A DNA stretch of 64,000 nt from Candidatus Hydrogenedentota bacterium (lineage in GTDB: Bacteria > Hydrogenedentota > Hydrogenedentia > Hydrogenedentales > SLHB01). The stretch's first letter is position 1. The number at the start of each line of letters is the position of its first letter. The notes under the pieces were generated by a model, which was given only the letters and a program-made list of their open reading frames with translations, had not been told where the DNA came from and searched no databases. Positions 9,901 through 19,769 of the stretch are shown one piece after another. A program made the translations under genes and the position numbers. Location of the stretch: assembly GCA_045863335.1 (NCBI GenBank), contig BTVY01000002.1, positions 192,562 through 256,561 on the forward strand, in the 5' to 3' direction.

Positions 9901-11369
9901 GGGGTTTTCAATCGGCCAGAATCGATGGTAATCCTTACGGTACACCGTTCCTGACGGTCACGCGTCCGGTCTACGCAAGTTACCGTTCCATTGGGTACAA
10001 GCGGGGAGACACGTTCGAGAACTACTGGTTCCCCGAGAGACCGATGGATCTCGCGCCATTCTTGTGCGATTTTGAGTTGTGGCCGATTCTGGATAAGTTG
10101 TCGGAGTTGACTGGCGATGGAACTTACAGTGCCATCGTTTCGTCTATGGCGGCCGCTTTCACCGAACACGGTTTCCATCCCACTTCAGGCCTGGGATATC
10201 TCGGCGAGGAAGCAGGATTTGACGTGTGGAACCGGGCCGTTGCATCAACCAAGACGGGAACCGCGCCCCCTGCATTCAAACCGAAGAATACCGGAACAAT
10301 CCCCGAACTACCGCTGGATCGATTGTGGAGCGTCGCTCCCGACAAGATGCACCGTATGGGTCGTTCGATGTTCCTGGGATTGGTGACCAATCCCGAGAAC
10401 ATGGACTTCAATCGCTACTGCGCGTACGACTGGGATGATTCGAACCAAGCGCACGTCATGACGCAAAACACCGCGCACTGCGCGTTCGACTCGGTGGCGG
10501 GGCGCATGATCCATTGGTGGGCGTCCTGTTACGCTCGGACCGGCGACGAGGACTGCCTGCTATGGGCAGAGAAAATGACCGATAAGTGGGCTGCTGTCCA
10601 ACATCCTGAGTCGGGTCTGGTACCGAACTTCTTCGGTGCGGTGGCGCCGCAGGAGCACGTGCCCATGCCACCCGGGGAATGGGCCGAACCTCGCGCGACG
10701 ATCCTCATGGCGGTGGCGCTTACGGACGCAGCGAATGAACTCCACCAGCGTGACGGTGGCAGCGCGTTGGCGGACCGACTCATCGATATGGCGCGTCGCA
10801 TTGCCTTGGGTGTCGCACGGTATGACTACGATCGCGAGCGCCGCGTATTTCGCGAGTATCTCCACCTGGATGGTCGGCCCTACGAGGGGACCGCGCGATA
10901 CACCTTTCCGACGCAAGAACAGAAAGATGCCGCGGTCAAGTCGGATCCCCAATTGGCGCAAGTGAAAGTTTACGACGGCGCGGGATTCTACACGCCGGGA
11001 ACCTATTGGGAACTTTGCGCGGGCAGCACGATACCGCTGGACCTGGCACAAGTTGCGACGCGCGTAAATGATCCCGAGTTACTCGACTTAATACACGGGA
11101 TCTGCGAAGACATGGTCGACGAAGCGCGCAGGCAGACGGGGCCAGTGACGGACGAAGGGACGTGGACATTTCGCGCAAGTGGCGAGTATATCCAGGCGCT
11201 GGTGTTGCTGTATCGGTCGTCAGACAAGACACAGTATTTGGAATGGGCGCGAGAGGTTGCGGACCGGGAAATGCGACACCTGGATCAGGTCGTTTATCCG
11301 CAATGGTGGCGTATGCCGGAGCGCGCGGCTTTGTTGAACGGATTGCTGGAGTTGGCCGCGGCAACGTAG
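6948..11369 (+). CDS. Large secreted multidomain protein: discoidin-like N-terminus + GH123/DUF4091-like region + C-terminal PL2-like (alpha/alpha) barrel
   Basis: Signal peptide; NIARGKLY..QLTDG..ITVDLG discoidin-like motifs; MEAIRESVEDYEYL (DUF4091-type); LSELTGD..SGLGYLG..HPESGL resembles PL2 pectate lyases. Confidence 0.7.
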   Translation: MSSHVRLTIHILAILAASASVQAADDPALYERPSDNIARGKLYTLSPTPGYRYCTDDGDATQLTDGDYTEDYFWAQTSTVGWQHAKPVVITVDLGSDQPIRGVSLRTAAGTAGVFWPVGIYIFVAGEDQEFHWIGDLVSMSAAHSSPPSDAYATHRYWTDAMQTHGRYVAFAVLSEPYSFVDEVEIYAGDTAWTESPLPGESVGDIPAYMKRLSVRTSVVRRISEGVARMREAVAASTIQDSGKSELNTALSEIAAGIEGIPADLGPDFRAVLPLNDLHARVFAVQARLWESAGHDGLTLWQSPTWDALPHLGPLPESTGAKIDVWMMNDEYRAGAFNLSNATTEPIRATLGFDGLPGGAMPSYVTVHKVVWTDTKTLNPVAAALPEAERGAEGYELTIKPGLTQQVWLTFHPADLEPGVHEGTIVVEANGVSPLRVPVTLEMFPFRFPDQPRLNVGGWDYTDQPSMYMVTPENREPLIAHLRERFVDSPWATRAALPYGTFDPSGAMTAPPDTAHFDAWIDRWPGAAQYCVFAAVSEHLHSIPMGTPEFNRAVKEWIAFWEAHIKERGLQPEQFAMLLFDEPHAPEHDAIIIAWANALREANTSIRIWEDPTYREITEANPEMLALCDVLCPNRPIFLRCSDASRQLYIDQRDAGRTLEFYSCSGPMRLLDPYLYCRLQAWTCWQYGATASYFWAFGDDGQGSSWNEYGAERTAYTPVFLDGTSVTAGKHMEAIRESVEDYEYLAMLGEAIESATDRGIDAAIVNGARKLLDEAPERVCAAYEADPGFWWKAECDRTVADMVRREILEVLVALEFSSPRNTSGEGEEQTDSSRAEGLPPFGAHVRVELDTYQILDSRELLRGTMVPSSPSALTQLADGHPDATVDLYVSALGPTRPDWATENIPINEVGSGSAAITIPVHSFNGGYYRMWGQIMSSDNLLSKGDVLDKNGSAVTFCVPEFRSSPEETPVANPIEFVARTVNSLRGFQSARIDGNPYGTPFLTVTRPVYASYRSIGYKRGDTFENYWFPERPMDLAPFLCDFELWPILDKLSELTGDGTYSAIVSSMAAAFTEHGFHPTSGLGYLGEEAGFDVWNRAVASTKTGTAPPAFKPKNTGTIPELPLDRLWSVAPDKMHRMGRSMFLGLVTNPENMDFNRYCAYDWDDSNQAHVMTQNTAHCAFDSVAGRMIHWWASCYARTGDEDCLLWAEKMTDKWAAVQHPESGLVPNFFGAVAPQEHVPMPPGEWAEPRATILMAVALTDAANELHQRDGGSALADRLIDMARRIALGVARYDYDRERRVFREYLHLDGRPYEGTARYTFPTQEQKDAAVKSDPQLAQVKVYDGAGFYTPGTYWELCAGSTIPLDLAQVATRVNDPELLDLIHGICEDMVDEARRQTGPVTDEGTWTFRASGEYIQALVLLYRSSDKTQYLEWAREVADREMRHLDQVVYPQWWRMPERAALLNGLLELAAAT

Positions 11370-11412
11370 AACGCGGAGCTTTGGGGCGGCCGAACGAGGG
11401 ATCTGCAGAAAC

Positions 11413-11451
11413 AATCGGACCGACCCGACTGATCGGACCGATCCGTCCGAT
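11413..11451. repeat. Degenerate 9-bp tandem repeat (GATCGGACC-like) between convergent genes
   Basis: aatcggacc gacccgact gatcggacc gatccgtcc gat. Confidence 0.65.
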
Positions 11452-11462
11452 GAATTGATCAC

Positions 11463-13553
11463 CTACGGCATCGGCGCGACTTGCGTGAATTCCACACCAG
11501 CGCCATTGGGTTGGGCGACGCGCAAATTGAAATTCCAGCCGCCGCCGCCCTGGCTGATCTTGACGAGGATACGATTGACGCCCTTTACCAAATGGACGTC
11601 GGCGATGTCCTGGTCGAGGGCCGCGCCTCGGTCGATCCGGTTCTCCCAGACGACCTCGCCGTTCAGCCAGACCTTGTTACCGTCGTCGGAACCGAGCCGC
11701 AACTGGGCGTCCGTTTCCGCGGGCACCTCGATTTCGGCGTAGGCATAGGCGAACTTGCGATCGAACTGGCCCACCTCGCCAATGAGGTTGACCATGCCGA
11801 GGGGATCGGGCGTGTTCACCGTCTTCCACTGCAGCGATTGGTCGCCGGCGGAAACCGCGGTGGTCGCGTCCACCTTGGGCTCGTTCACGAAGGCGCGATC
11901 CCAATCGGCCTCGTCCTTCCAGTCGAAGGGGCCAATTACGTACCAGCTCCGCACGAAGCCCAGCAGGTTCGCGAAATCCGCGGGAACGCCCGCGCCTTGG
12001 AGACGCTGCGCCAACTGGACCAGCACCTCGGGGGACGCATTGGAACTGCGTACCACATCGATCGCTTCTTTCGCCCGATCCTTGTCTTCCGCGGCAAGCG
12101 CGCCCGCCACGGACACAATGGCATTGCCGGCGGCGTCTTTGAGCGCAGGCTGCTCCATGGCCGCTTTCACGAGGTCGTAGGCCTGCGCCACCGGATATCG
12201 TGCGAGCCCTTGGAGACAGGTGTTGCGCAAGGCGTCGTCTTCGGCAAGATCATATAGTTGCATGAAAGCCAGCCCAGCGGCCTGGGCGTTACCGGCGTTG
12301 CCGAGAGACCCGGCCATCTTCTTCACCGAAGCCAGCGCGAACTCCTTCTCCTCAGCCGAACCGTTGCGCGCCACTTCCACCAGCGGCGCGAATGCCTGCA
12401 TGCTCTCCATGGACGCGAGCGCTTTCAGCGACGCGTCGCGCAACGCGGGAACGCCGCTGTTCAATTCTTCCTTCATGAGATCCAGCGCAGCCATGTCCTT
12501 GCGCTGGCCCCACACATTGATCAACGCCACGCGCATCGGCTCGGCCAGACTCGGATAGGCATCAAGCACCGCCAACTTCGCTTCGTGCCCTTGCAGGCTG
12601 GTTAATGCCTGCACGCAGGTATCCGCCATGTGCGGGTCGCCAGACATCGCGGTCGCGACGATGGCGTCCACGACCGTCGCATCGCCGTACCGCGCGAGCC
12701 CCATCACCGCACCCGCCTGGATGATGCCCGAGGGCGCTGCGTCGAGGACCGATTTGTAGACCGACATGGCAAGGTTCCAGTTGCCGCCGTTGATCGCGAT
12801 ATTGTCGGCCAACCGCAGCAAGGCGTCGTACGCGACGAATTGCGTTTCCGGCGTCGATTTCGCTGCGACATCCTGCAACACCGGAGCCAACTCAGGGTCG
12901 CCGGTCCAGCTCAGTGCCATGGCTGACGCGGCGCGGACCGCCGGGTTGCTGTGGGAAGCGAGCACGCGTAACGAATCAACCGATTCCGGCTCTTCCAGCT
13001 TGCCGATGGCGTTCAGCAAGGCAACCTTGAAGTCATCGTCGGCGTCTGGAACCGCTGTCAACATGGCCACGCAGGCATTCCGCGTGCCGGTTTCCTGCAG
13101 ACACTCCCGGGCTTTCTCTTTCCACTCGTCATTGGCGAGCAACGCGGCCACAGGCCCCACGTCGAACCCTTCGGGCACGACAATCGGTACCAGCCGGAGA
13201 ACTTGCCGGATCTGCTCGTGCTGCGCATCAGAACCTAACTCGTCCAGCAAGAGCCGGGAAGCGACCAATTGATCGGCCTCGTGTCCGGGCGCGGCTGCCG
13301 CATTCAGAATGTCCGCGATTACGTTACGCGCGGTGTAGCGGATGCCCTGATCCTCGTGGGACAACATGGGCAACAGCATCGGCAATGCTTCGACGCCTTC
13401 TCGCGGAAGCAGCTGCCGTGCGCGAATGCGCTTCGTCATATCCGGCCCGGATATATCGGCCACAAGCTGGCGCATGTCTTCGGCGGCGGACGTGGACGCA
13501 AGTATCAACGCAAAAGCCATGAATGACCAATGGCGTTTCAAGGCCAGTAACAT
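11463..13553 (-). CDS. Secreted HEAT-repeat protein with C-terminal PA14-like beta-sandwich
   Basis: Signal peptide; many HEAT repeats (VRAASAMAL etc.); C-terminal WYVIGPF..AYAY..LGSDDGNKVWLNG..GVNRILVK. Confidence 0.8.
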   Translation of the reverse strand: MLLALKRHWSFMAFALILASTSAAEDMRQLVADISGPDMTKRIRARQLLPREGVEALPMLLPMLSHEDQGIRYTARNVIADILNAAAAPGHEADQLVASRLLLDELGSDAQHEQIRQVLRLVPIVVPEGFDVGPVAALLANDEWKEKARECLQETGTRNACVAMLTAVPDADDDFKVALLNAIGKLEEPESVDSLRVLASHSNPAVRAASAMALSWTGDPELAPVLQDVAAKSTPETQFVAYDALLRLADNIAINGGNWNLAMSVYKSVLDAAPSGIIQAGAVMGLARYGDATVVDAIVATAMSGDPHMADTCVQALTSLQGHEAKLAVLDAYPSLAEPMRVALINVWGQRKDMAALDLMKEELNSGVPALRDASLKALASMESMQAFAPLVEVARNGSAEEKEFALASVKKMAGSLGNAGNAQAAGLAFMQLYDLAEDDALRNTCLQGLARYPVAQAYDLVKAAMEQPALKDAAGNAIVSVAGALAAEDKDRAKEAIDVVRSSNASPEVLVQLAQRLQGAGVPADFANLLGFVRSWYVIGPFDWKDEADWDRAFVNEPKVDATTAVSAGDQSLQWKTVNTPDPLGMVNLIGEVGQFDRKFAYAYAEIEVPAETDAQLRLGSDDGNKVWLNGEVVWENRIDRGAALDQDIADVHLVKGVNRILVKISQGGGGWNFNLRVAQPNGAGVEFTQVAPMP

Positions 13554-13591
13554 TAGCTATTCTCCTTATGGACGCTGGTCCCCAAGAATTC

Positions 13592-13759
13592 ACATCCCCC
13601 TAGACCCTTCGGGTCTGCCCCCTTCAAAGGGGGAATTTGTGCGCACGCTTCGCGGCGCATTGCGGGGGCGAGATCCGTACATTTTGCAGAAGCTCTATAG
13701 CAACAACCAAGACTAGGCTTCGCGCCACTCCCCCTTTGAAGGGGGATCAAGGGGGATGT
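13592..13759. repeat. Inverted pair of REP-like elements (CCCCCTTCAAAGGGGG core)
   Basis: ACATCCCCCT..CCCCCTTCAAAGGGGGAAT (13592-13636) and ACTCCCCCTTTGAAGGGGGATCAAGGGGGATGT (13727-13759). Confidence 0.8.
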
Positions 13760-13850
13760 TTCTTCGGCAATTCCGTGGACGCTTCCGATATCCGGCCGGC
13801 CACGTAATGCCCCAAAGGTATGTCGTGCAAACGTCCACATGAGCGTTGTC

Positions 13851-15131
13851 CTAGAAGCGCCACGGGGAGCGGTAGGCGCGGGTCAGGTAGCGGTTGCCTT
13901 CTTCGTCGTCGATGAACTGTTCGGCGTCGCCGTCCCAGATCATCTTCCGGCCGGTCTTCAGCGCGATACCGCCGAGCAGGACCGCCGTAGTGGATCGCAC
14001 GCCCTGTTCGATTTCAGCGACGGGCCGCTTACGCGTCTTCACGCATTCGAAGAAGTTGTTGTGGTGATCGTCATTTGCCCAACTCAGCTCCGGCGCGCCG
14101 ATTTTTTCGCCGTAACCGAGATCGGCCGGCTCGACGAGGTACCGGTTGCGATCGACGTATAGGATGCCTTTATCGCCCTGGAAGCGGATGCCGTAACTCG
14201 CGCCCGCGCGGATGTCGGCAGGGCGCTGTTCCCAGGTCACGTTACAGCCTTCGTATTCGAGGATGCATTCGATGACGTCATAATTGTCACCCCCGGGAGA
14301 ACCGCGGTACGTACCGCCGACCGATTGCACGTTAAGCGGCTTGTCCTGTCCGATGCCCCAATGGACAATATCCATGAGGTGAACGCCCCAGTTGGTGAAT
14401 TGGCCGCCGCGGGCGTAGTCGTGGCAGCCCATGAATCCGGAAAAGCGCTGCGGACTGAAGGGTTCATACGGCGCGGGGCCCAACCAGAGGTCCCAATCGA
14501 GACCTTCGGGCACGTCGCGCGTTTCGTAGCCTTCCCCCCATCCATTGACGCCAACCCAGGCGCCGGCGGAGGTGACCTGGCCGAGGGCGCCGCTTTTCAC
14601 GATCTCGATGGCTTCCTGAAAGATGGGCATGGAACGCTGCTGCGTACCAAGCTGAACGACCCGGCCGTAGCGGCGGGCGGCGTTGACCATGGCCCGGCCT
14701 TCGGCGACGGTCGGGCATGCCGGTTTCTCGACATATACGTCTTTCCACGCCTCGCAACCGTGAATCGTGATCAGGGGATGCCAGTGGTCTGGCGTGGGCA
14801 CGAAGATAGCGTCCACGTCTTCACGGTCCAGCACGTGGCGATAATCCTGATATCCGTCCGGCGTGACGCCGGTGGTCTCCCCGACCGCCTTGCACGCGTT
14901 CATATAGCGCGGCTTGTATACATCGCACAAGGCGACCATCGTACAGTTTGGGTTCTTCGCCAGCGCGGCAATATGCCGGCTGCCCATCCCCCCGCAGCCG
15001 ATGACCCCAAGCCGAACTTTTTCATTAGGCCCCACGGTGGCCCGGGCCACGCGGGACCCCATTACGCCCGTCGCGAGACCCGCCGCGCTCCGGGCAATAA
15101 ACTGTCGTCGACTCAATCCATCTCGTCGCAT
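13851..15131 (-). CDS. Tat-exported Gfo/Idh/MocA family oxidoreductase
   Basis: SRRQF twin-arginine signal; GVIGCGGMG; TPDHWH; DVYVEKP; GTQQRS; WGVHLMD. Confidence 0.92.
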   Translation of the reverse strand: MRRDGLSRRQFIARSAAGLATGVMGSRVARATVGPNEKVRLGVIGCGGMGSRHIAALAKNPNCTMVALCDVYKPRYMNACKAVGETTGVTPDGYQDYRHVLDREDVDAIFVPTPDHWHPLITIHGCEAWKDVYVEKPACPTVAEGRAMVNAARRYGRVVQLGTQQRSMPIFQEAIEIVKSGALGQVTSAGAWVGVNGWGEGYETRDVPEGLDWDLWLGPAPYEPFSPQRFSGFMGCHDYARGGQFTNWGVHLMDIVHWGIGQDKPLNVQSVGGTYRGSPGGDNYDVIECILEYEGCNVTWEQRPADIRAGASYGIRFQGDKGILYVDRNRYLVEPADLGYGEKIGAPELSWANDDHHNNFFECVKTRKRPVAEIEQGVRSTTAVLLGGIALKTGRKMIWDGDAEQFIDDEEGNRYLTRAYRSPWRF

Positions 15132-15325
15132 TGCGACTCCCTCCAGAGAACCTGATTGCCAAGGTCAGGAGCGTAACACGTGCGAGAGACGGAATGCATC
15201 TGGCCGGATTACTGGAGGACGACGGGGGAATTGTAAGCGGCACGAAATGAGCAACATGCAACCCCCAGTCGAAGACGGGGATCGACAGGTATAGCCCGTT
15301 CCCCGCACCGGATGCAAAAAGTCTA

Positions 15326-15354
15326 TTGCCTTACATCCGGAAGTGAGGTAGAAT
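15326..15354 (+). promoter_or_regulatory. Putative sigma70 promoter of the kinase-WD40 gene
   Basis: TTGCCT-N17-TAGAAT. Confidence 0.6.
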
Positions 15355-15472
15355 GAAGCTAACGGTGGGGTCAAGTAGCTAATCTCTTGGTTGTGGTTCC
15401 TTCCGAACTGTCGGGGTCGTAGTTCGCTACTCTAGGTCTGTGACGCGCGAGCGTTATTGCGAGCGAGGGTGT

Positions 15473-18400
15473 ATGAACAACGATCGAAATCTCCTCTTTG
15501 GAATTTTTGCGGTACAACTGCGCAAAGTCACGCCCGCGCAACTCGTCGAAACAGCGGCAGCGTGGACGATGGATCCCTCCAAGGACTTGTCACAACGCCT
15601 CATTGAGGCGCAGATAATCAACGAGTCCGACCGCGATCGCATCAACATGTATGTCAATGACGCGGTCGCTGCGCACGAAGGCGATCCTGTGGCAGCGCTG
15701 AGCAGCCTCGATGCAGCGCATCGCGCGCATGACACGATTGAATCCATGAAGAAATCCCTGAAGTCGGTTTCGCCGCTGGATCAAACCAAGCTTTCTCCGC
15801 AACGTTGGCTGGAACTGGGACCCGTCGAGGACGTGCCGGCGGTGGACGAAACCCCGGGGCGCTACACGCGCTCGAGCGAATACGCTCGCGGCGGCATTGG
15901 GCGTGTCTTGCTCGTCCACGATCAGTATCTGGGACGAGAGATTGCGTTGAAGGAACTGCTCCCAATCGTGAGCACGGATGACGCCACGCTGGACGTAAAT
16001 GAACCGACGCCGGTACAGGCGAGCACGTCCCTGGTATTTCGATTCTTGCAAGAGGCCCGCATCACCGGGCAGTTGGAACATCCATCGATCGTGCCGGTAT
16101 ACGAATTGGGCCGCCGCAAAGACGGCACGATCTACTACACGATGAAGCTGGTGCGTGGGCGAACCTTTGCGCAAGCACTTCGGGAAACCGGGTCGCTCCA
16201 GGAGCGGCTGAAACTACTGCCGCACCTAATCGATCTCTGCCAGGCAATCGGTTACGCGCACAGCCGTAATGTCATCCACCGGGATATCAAACCGAACAAC
16301 GTGATGATTGGGGAGTTCGGAGAGACCGTTGTACTGGACTGGGGGCTGGCCAAGGTACGGGGCCAGCAGGATTATCAGGCCAGCCAGATCGAGCACACGC
16401 TCAAGACGCTGCGTGTTTCCGATGAGGCGGAAGCTGAGGCAACGGTCGAAGGACAGATCCTCGGAACGCCGACATTCATGCCGCCCGAGCAGGCGCAAGG
16501 GGATCTCAAGAATATCTCGGAACGTTCCGACGTGTACTCCCTCGGTGCGGTCTTGTATTCGTTACTGACGGGGCAGTATCCGTTTGGGGGCAGAAACGCC
16601 AAGGAGATTCTCGAACAGGTTTTGCACCAAGAACCCGAACCTGTCGAGGCGATCGTGCCAGATGCCCCGCCCGAACTTATCGCCATTTGCCGGCGCGCGA
16701 TGCAGCGCGATCCCAGAAAGCGGTACGCCAACGGCAGGGAACTGGTGGACGAACTGGCGCGATTTCAGGCGGGCGCGCTTGTCAGCGCCTACAGTTACAG
16801 TTTCCGCGAACACTTGTGGCGCTTCGCGAATCGGCACCGGGCTGTCCTGTCCACGGCGGCCGCGTCTCTGATTATTTTGCTTGGCACCGCCGTGTTTTCT
16901 TACGTCCAGGTGTCTCGCGATCGCAATGCGGCCATCGCGGCAAAAGAGCGCGAATCCGAACAACGGTTGCTGGCGACACAAGCCCGCGACGCCGAGCGGG
17001 TGCAGCGCGAACGGGCGGAAAAGCAACTCTACCTTTCAAACATCCTCCTCGCACAGAGCCGAATCGACGAACGACGATTTGATGTGGCTGAACGCGTGCT
17101 GGACGCCGCGCCTGCGTCGCTCCGCAATTGGGAGTGGAATCACCTGAAACGCCTGTGCCACCAGGAAGAGTGGACCTTCGCAGGGAGCGGGGTACCCGTC
17201 GAAGACGTCGCGGTATCTCCGGATGGTTCGTTAGTACTCACGGCGTCGGACGACGGAATTGTGCACGTTGTGGACGCGGCGACCGGACAACAAACGCAGA
17301 CGCTGGGACCTGTCGAAAGTAAGATTCAGCGAGTTTGGGTTAATGCCGACGGCTCGCGCGCGCTGACCACTGTGCTTGAAGGGGCGCCGCGCCTGTGGAA
17401 TGTGGCGACTACGGAGCTTGTCGCGATTCTGGAGGCGCATCCCATTCCCGCTAGCAGCGCCGGCTTCAGTCCGGATGGCAAGCAGGCCGTCACTGGATCT
17501 TCAGACGGCACCATCAAGGTGTGGGACGCAACAACCGGCTCGGAAACCACGACGATCGCGGGCGATCCTCACCTCGTAGAAGTCCTGTTTAACGCTGACG
17601 GGTCGCAGGTGGCGGAGCGTTGCACGACTGGACCGGTTATCCTCTTCGACACGGTTTCGGGTGACCGGGTGGCAACCTTGGAATCACCGGAAGGTTCCGT
17701 GCAGCAAGTGGAATTCAGTGCAGACGGCCGATTGATCGCCCTCGCAGCCGGGAACTCGACAACGCTCTGGAACGGGATTGACTTCAGCCGCGCCTTCACG
17801 CTTTCCGGTCACGAGGCTGAGGTATCGGCCATCGCGTTCAATCCGGACGCCAGCCAATTGGTGTCGGGATCGGAAGACGCAACCCTTCGACTGTGGGATA
17901 CGGCAACCGGATCAAGTCTGCTCGTTAGCGACGGCCATGGCGACACAATCACCGACGTGGCGTTCGTCGACATGCCGAATCGGTTCATTTCGGCTTCACT
18001 AGACCATACGGTCCGCGTGTGGGATGGGGTGAACGGTGCGGAAGTTCGCCGGCTCGAAGGCCACAGCGGCCCGGTGCGTCGTCTCCTCGCGGATGCCGAC
18101 GGGCGGAGTGTGGTGACGTGTTCCGATGATCGCACGGTGAAGCGATGGTCGATTCCCGTGCCACCCGGTTCGCCGCAATTGGTGTTGCGGGGGCATTCGG
18201 ATGCAATTCGATCCATTCAGTTCAATCCAATCGGGGAGACGCTCTTGAGCGTTTCGTACGACGGAACGGCGCGGGTGTGGGACGGCAATACCGGCGGAAT
18301 TACTCAAACGATCGCGCTGGAAAGCGGCAAAATCTTCTGCGCGGATTGGAGCCCTGACGGACGGGTAATCGCGACAGGCTCCAACGACAGGATTGCGCGC

Positions 18401-19168
18401 ACCTGGGACGCCATAACCGGCGACGCCGGCTTGGAACTGGAAGGCCACGATGGCCCGGTGAGCGGCGTCTATTTCTCGCCTGATGGATCGAGCCTGCTCA
18501 CAATATCCTGGGACCAGAACGGTATTCTCTGGGATTTGCGGACCGGCAGTGCTGTCCACCACATCGAACACGCGGACGGACGCCGGGGACTGGCGGCCTT
18601 CAGCCCGGACGGCTCGCTCGCCGCAACCGTGACCGGGGATCACAGTGTGACCCTGTGGAACGCGGACACGGGGACGGCGTCGGCCGTGCTCCAAGGGCAT
18701 ACCAATCGAATCAGCGCGATTCGTTTTAGTCAAGACGCATCACGTGTGTTAACGACGTCTTTGGATGGAACCGCCCGGGTTTGGAACGGCAAGACCGGAG
18801 AACCCGTGACCGTGTTGGATGGACAGCACGAGAGCATCCAGGACGGCGCACTCAGTCCAGACGGATCGCGTGTGGCTACCGCCTCAGACGACGGGACCAT
18901 CCAGCTATGGGACGCATCGACGGGTGACCGACTTGGCGATCTGCTTGGGCATCGGGATTCCGTGACGACGGCCTTGTACCTGGATGACGGAGCGCGAATC
19001 CTGAGTGGTTCGGTCGATGGGACCGTACGACTATGGGATGCCGACACGGGCACCACCGTGCTGACCCTGACCGGGGCCGAGTTCGGAACCGGAGAAGTCG
19101 TTACGGCCGGCAGAACACAGCTCGCCGGCGCGATGCCTGACGGGCCCATTGTACTTTGGTCAAACTAA
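15473..19168 (+). CDS. Hanks-type Ser/Thr protein kinase with TM segment and C-terminal WD40 repeats
   Basis: ARGGIGRV, IALKE, HRDIKPNN, DWGLAK, GTPTFMPPEQ, DVYSLG; hydrophobic segment; many GH...WD repeats. Confidence 0.95.
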   Translation: MNNDRNLLFGIFAVQLRKVTPAQLVETAAAWTMDPSKDLSQRLIEAQIINESDRDRINMYVNDAVAAHEGDPVAALSSLDAAHRAHDTIESMKKSLKSVSPLDQTKLSPQRWLELGPVEDVPAVDETPGRYTRSSEYARGGIGRVLLVHDQYLGREIALKELLPIVSTDDATLDVNEPTPVQASTSLVFRFLQEARITGQLEHPSIVPVYELGRRKDGTIYYTMKLVRGRTFAQALRETGSLQERLKLLPHLIDLCQAIGYAHSRNVIHRDIKPNNVMIGEFGETVVLDWGLAKVRGQQDYQASQIEHTLKTLRVSDEAEAEATVEGQILGTPTFMPPEQAQGDLKNISERSDVYSLGAVLYSLLTGQYPFGGRNAKEILEQVLHQEPEPVEAIVPDAPPELIAICRRAMQRDPRKRYANGRELVDELARFQAGALVSAYSYSFREHLWRFANRHRAVLSTAAASLIILLGTAVFSYVQVSRDRNAAIAAKERESEQRLLATQARDAERVQRERAEKQLYLSNILLAQSRIDERRFDVAERVLDAAPASLRNWEWNHLKRLCHQEEWTFAGSGVPVEDVAVSPDGSLVLTASDDGIVHVVDAATGQQTQTLGPVESKIQRVWVNADGSRALTTVLEGAPRLWNVATTELVAILEAHPIPASSAGFSPDGKQAVTGSSDGTIKVWDATTGSETTTIAGDPHLVEVLFNADGSQVAERCTTGPVILFDTVSGDRVATLESPEGSVQQVEFSADGRLIALAAGNSTTLWNGIDFSRAFTLSGHEAEVSAIAFNPDASQLVSGSEDATLRLWDTATGSSLLVSDGHGDTITDVAFVDMPNRFISASLDHTVRVWDGVNGAEVRRLEGHSGPVRRLLADADGRSVVTCSDDRTVKRWSIPVPPGSPQLVLRGHSDAIRSIQFNPIGETLLSVSYDGTARVWDGNTGGITQTIALESGKIFCADWSPDGRVIATGSNDRIARTWDAITGDAGLELEGHDGPVSGVYFSPDGSSLLTISWDQNGILWDLRTGSAVHHIEHADGRRGLAAFSPDGSLAATVTGDHSVTLWNADTGTASAVLQGHTNRISAIRFSQDASRVLTTSLDGTARVWNGKTGEPVTVLDGQHESIQDGALSPDGSRVATASDDGTIQLWDASTGDRLGDLLGHRDSVTTALYLDDGARILSGSVDGTVRLWDADTGTTVLTLTGAEFGTGEVVTAGRTQLAGAMPDGPIVLWSN

Positions 19169-19351
19169 TCGGAGGAGTGATTTCACCAGTGCACGCCAAC
19201 TTTCTCTACTGCGCCAGTGCGTACCATGACAAGGGCTCGGCCAGGTTCGGGGTGTTGCGTTCCAAGTGCGAGACGGCGCCCCTATCACGCAAATCTAAAC
19301 TACGACAGATGACAAGTAGTGCATTTCAAAACAACCAGGAGAGGAGCACAC

Positions 19352-19702
19352 ATGTCGAAACCGGACAAGAAGAAAACAGCCAAAGAAATCGCGGAACCGG
19401 CAACCAAACCAGATAACAAATTCGTGGTTGATTTGATTGTACATGTCAAAGACGCGGATGGCGATTACATCACTGATCAACTCGCCAACGTGGCGGTCGA
19501 TACCCGGTCCAGCGGTGACGAGGATCCTCCCGACAAGCCATCCGATGCCACTGGGAAGGCGGAATTCCTGAACCTCGACACGACCGGGTCCGTGACCTAT
19601 GAAGTGTACGTTGATCATCCCAACTACTACCCGGAACTCATCTCGCAGTATTACGGCACGGGAGGGACGAAGAACATCTACTTTTACCTTGAGCCTGCGT
19701 GA
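19352..19702 (+). CDS. Small hypothetical protein, possible prealbumin/carboxypeptidase-regulatory-like beta-sandwich
   Basis: Strong RBS (AGGAGAGGAG); LIVHVKDADG..SDATGKAEF pattern. Confidence 0.6.
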   Translation: MSKPDKKKTAKEIAEPATKPDNKFVVDLIVHVKDADGDYITDQLANVAVDTRSSGDEDPPDKPSDATGKAEFLNLDTTGSVTYEVYVDHPNYYPELISQYYGTGGTKNIYFYLEPA

Positions 19703-19769
19703 GTTGCTCCGAAGTGCCTGAACAATCGAACGAAGCGACCTAACCTATCGAATAGATTGGAGCCAATCG

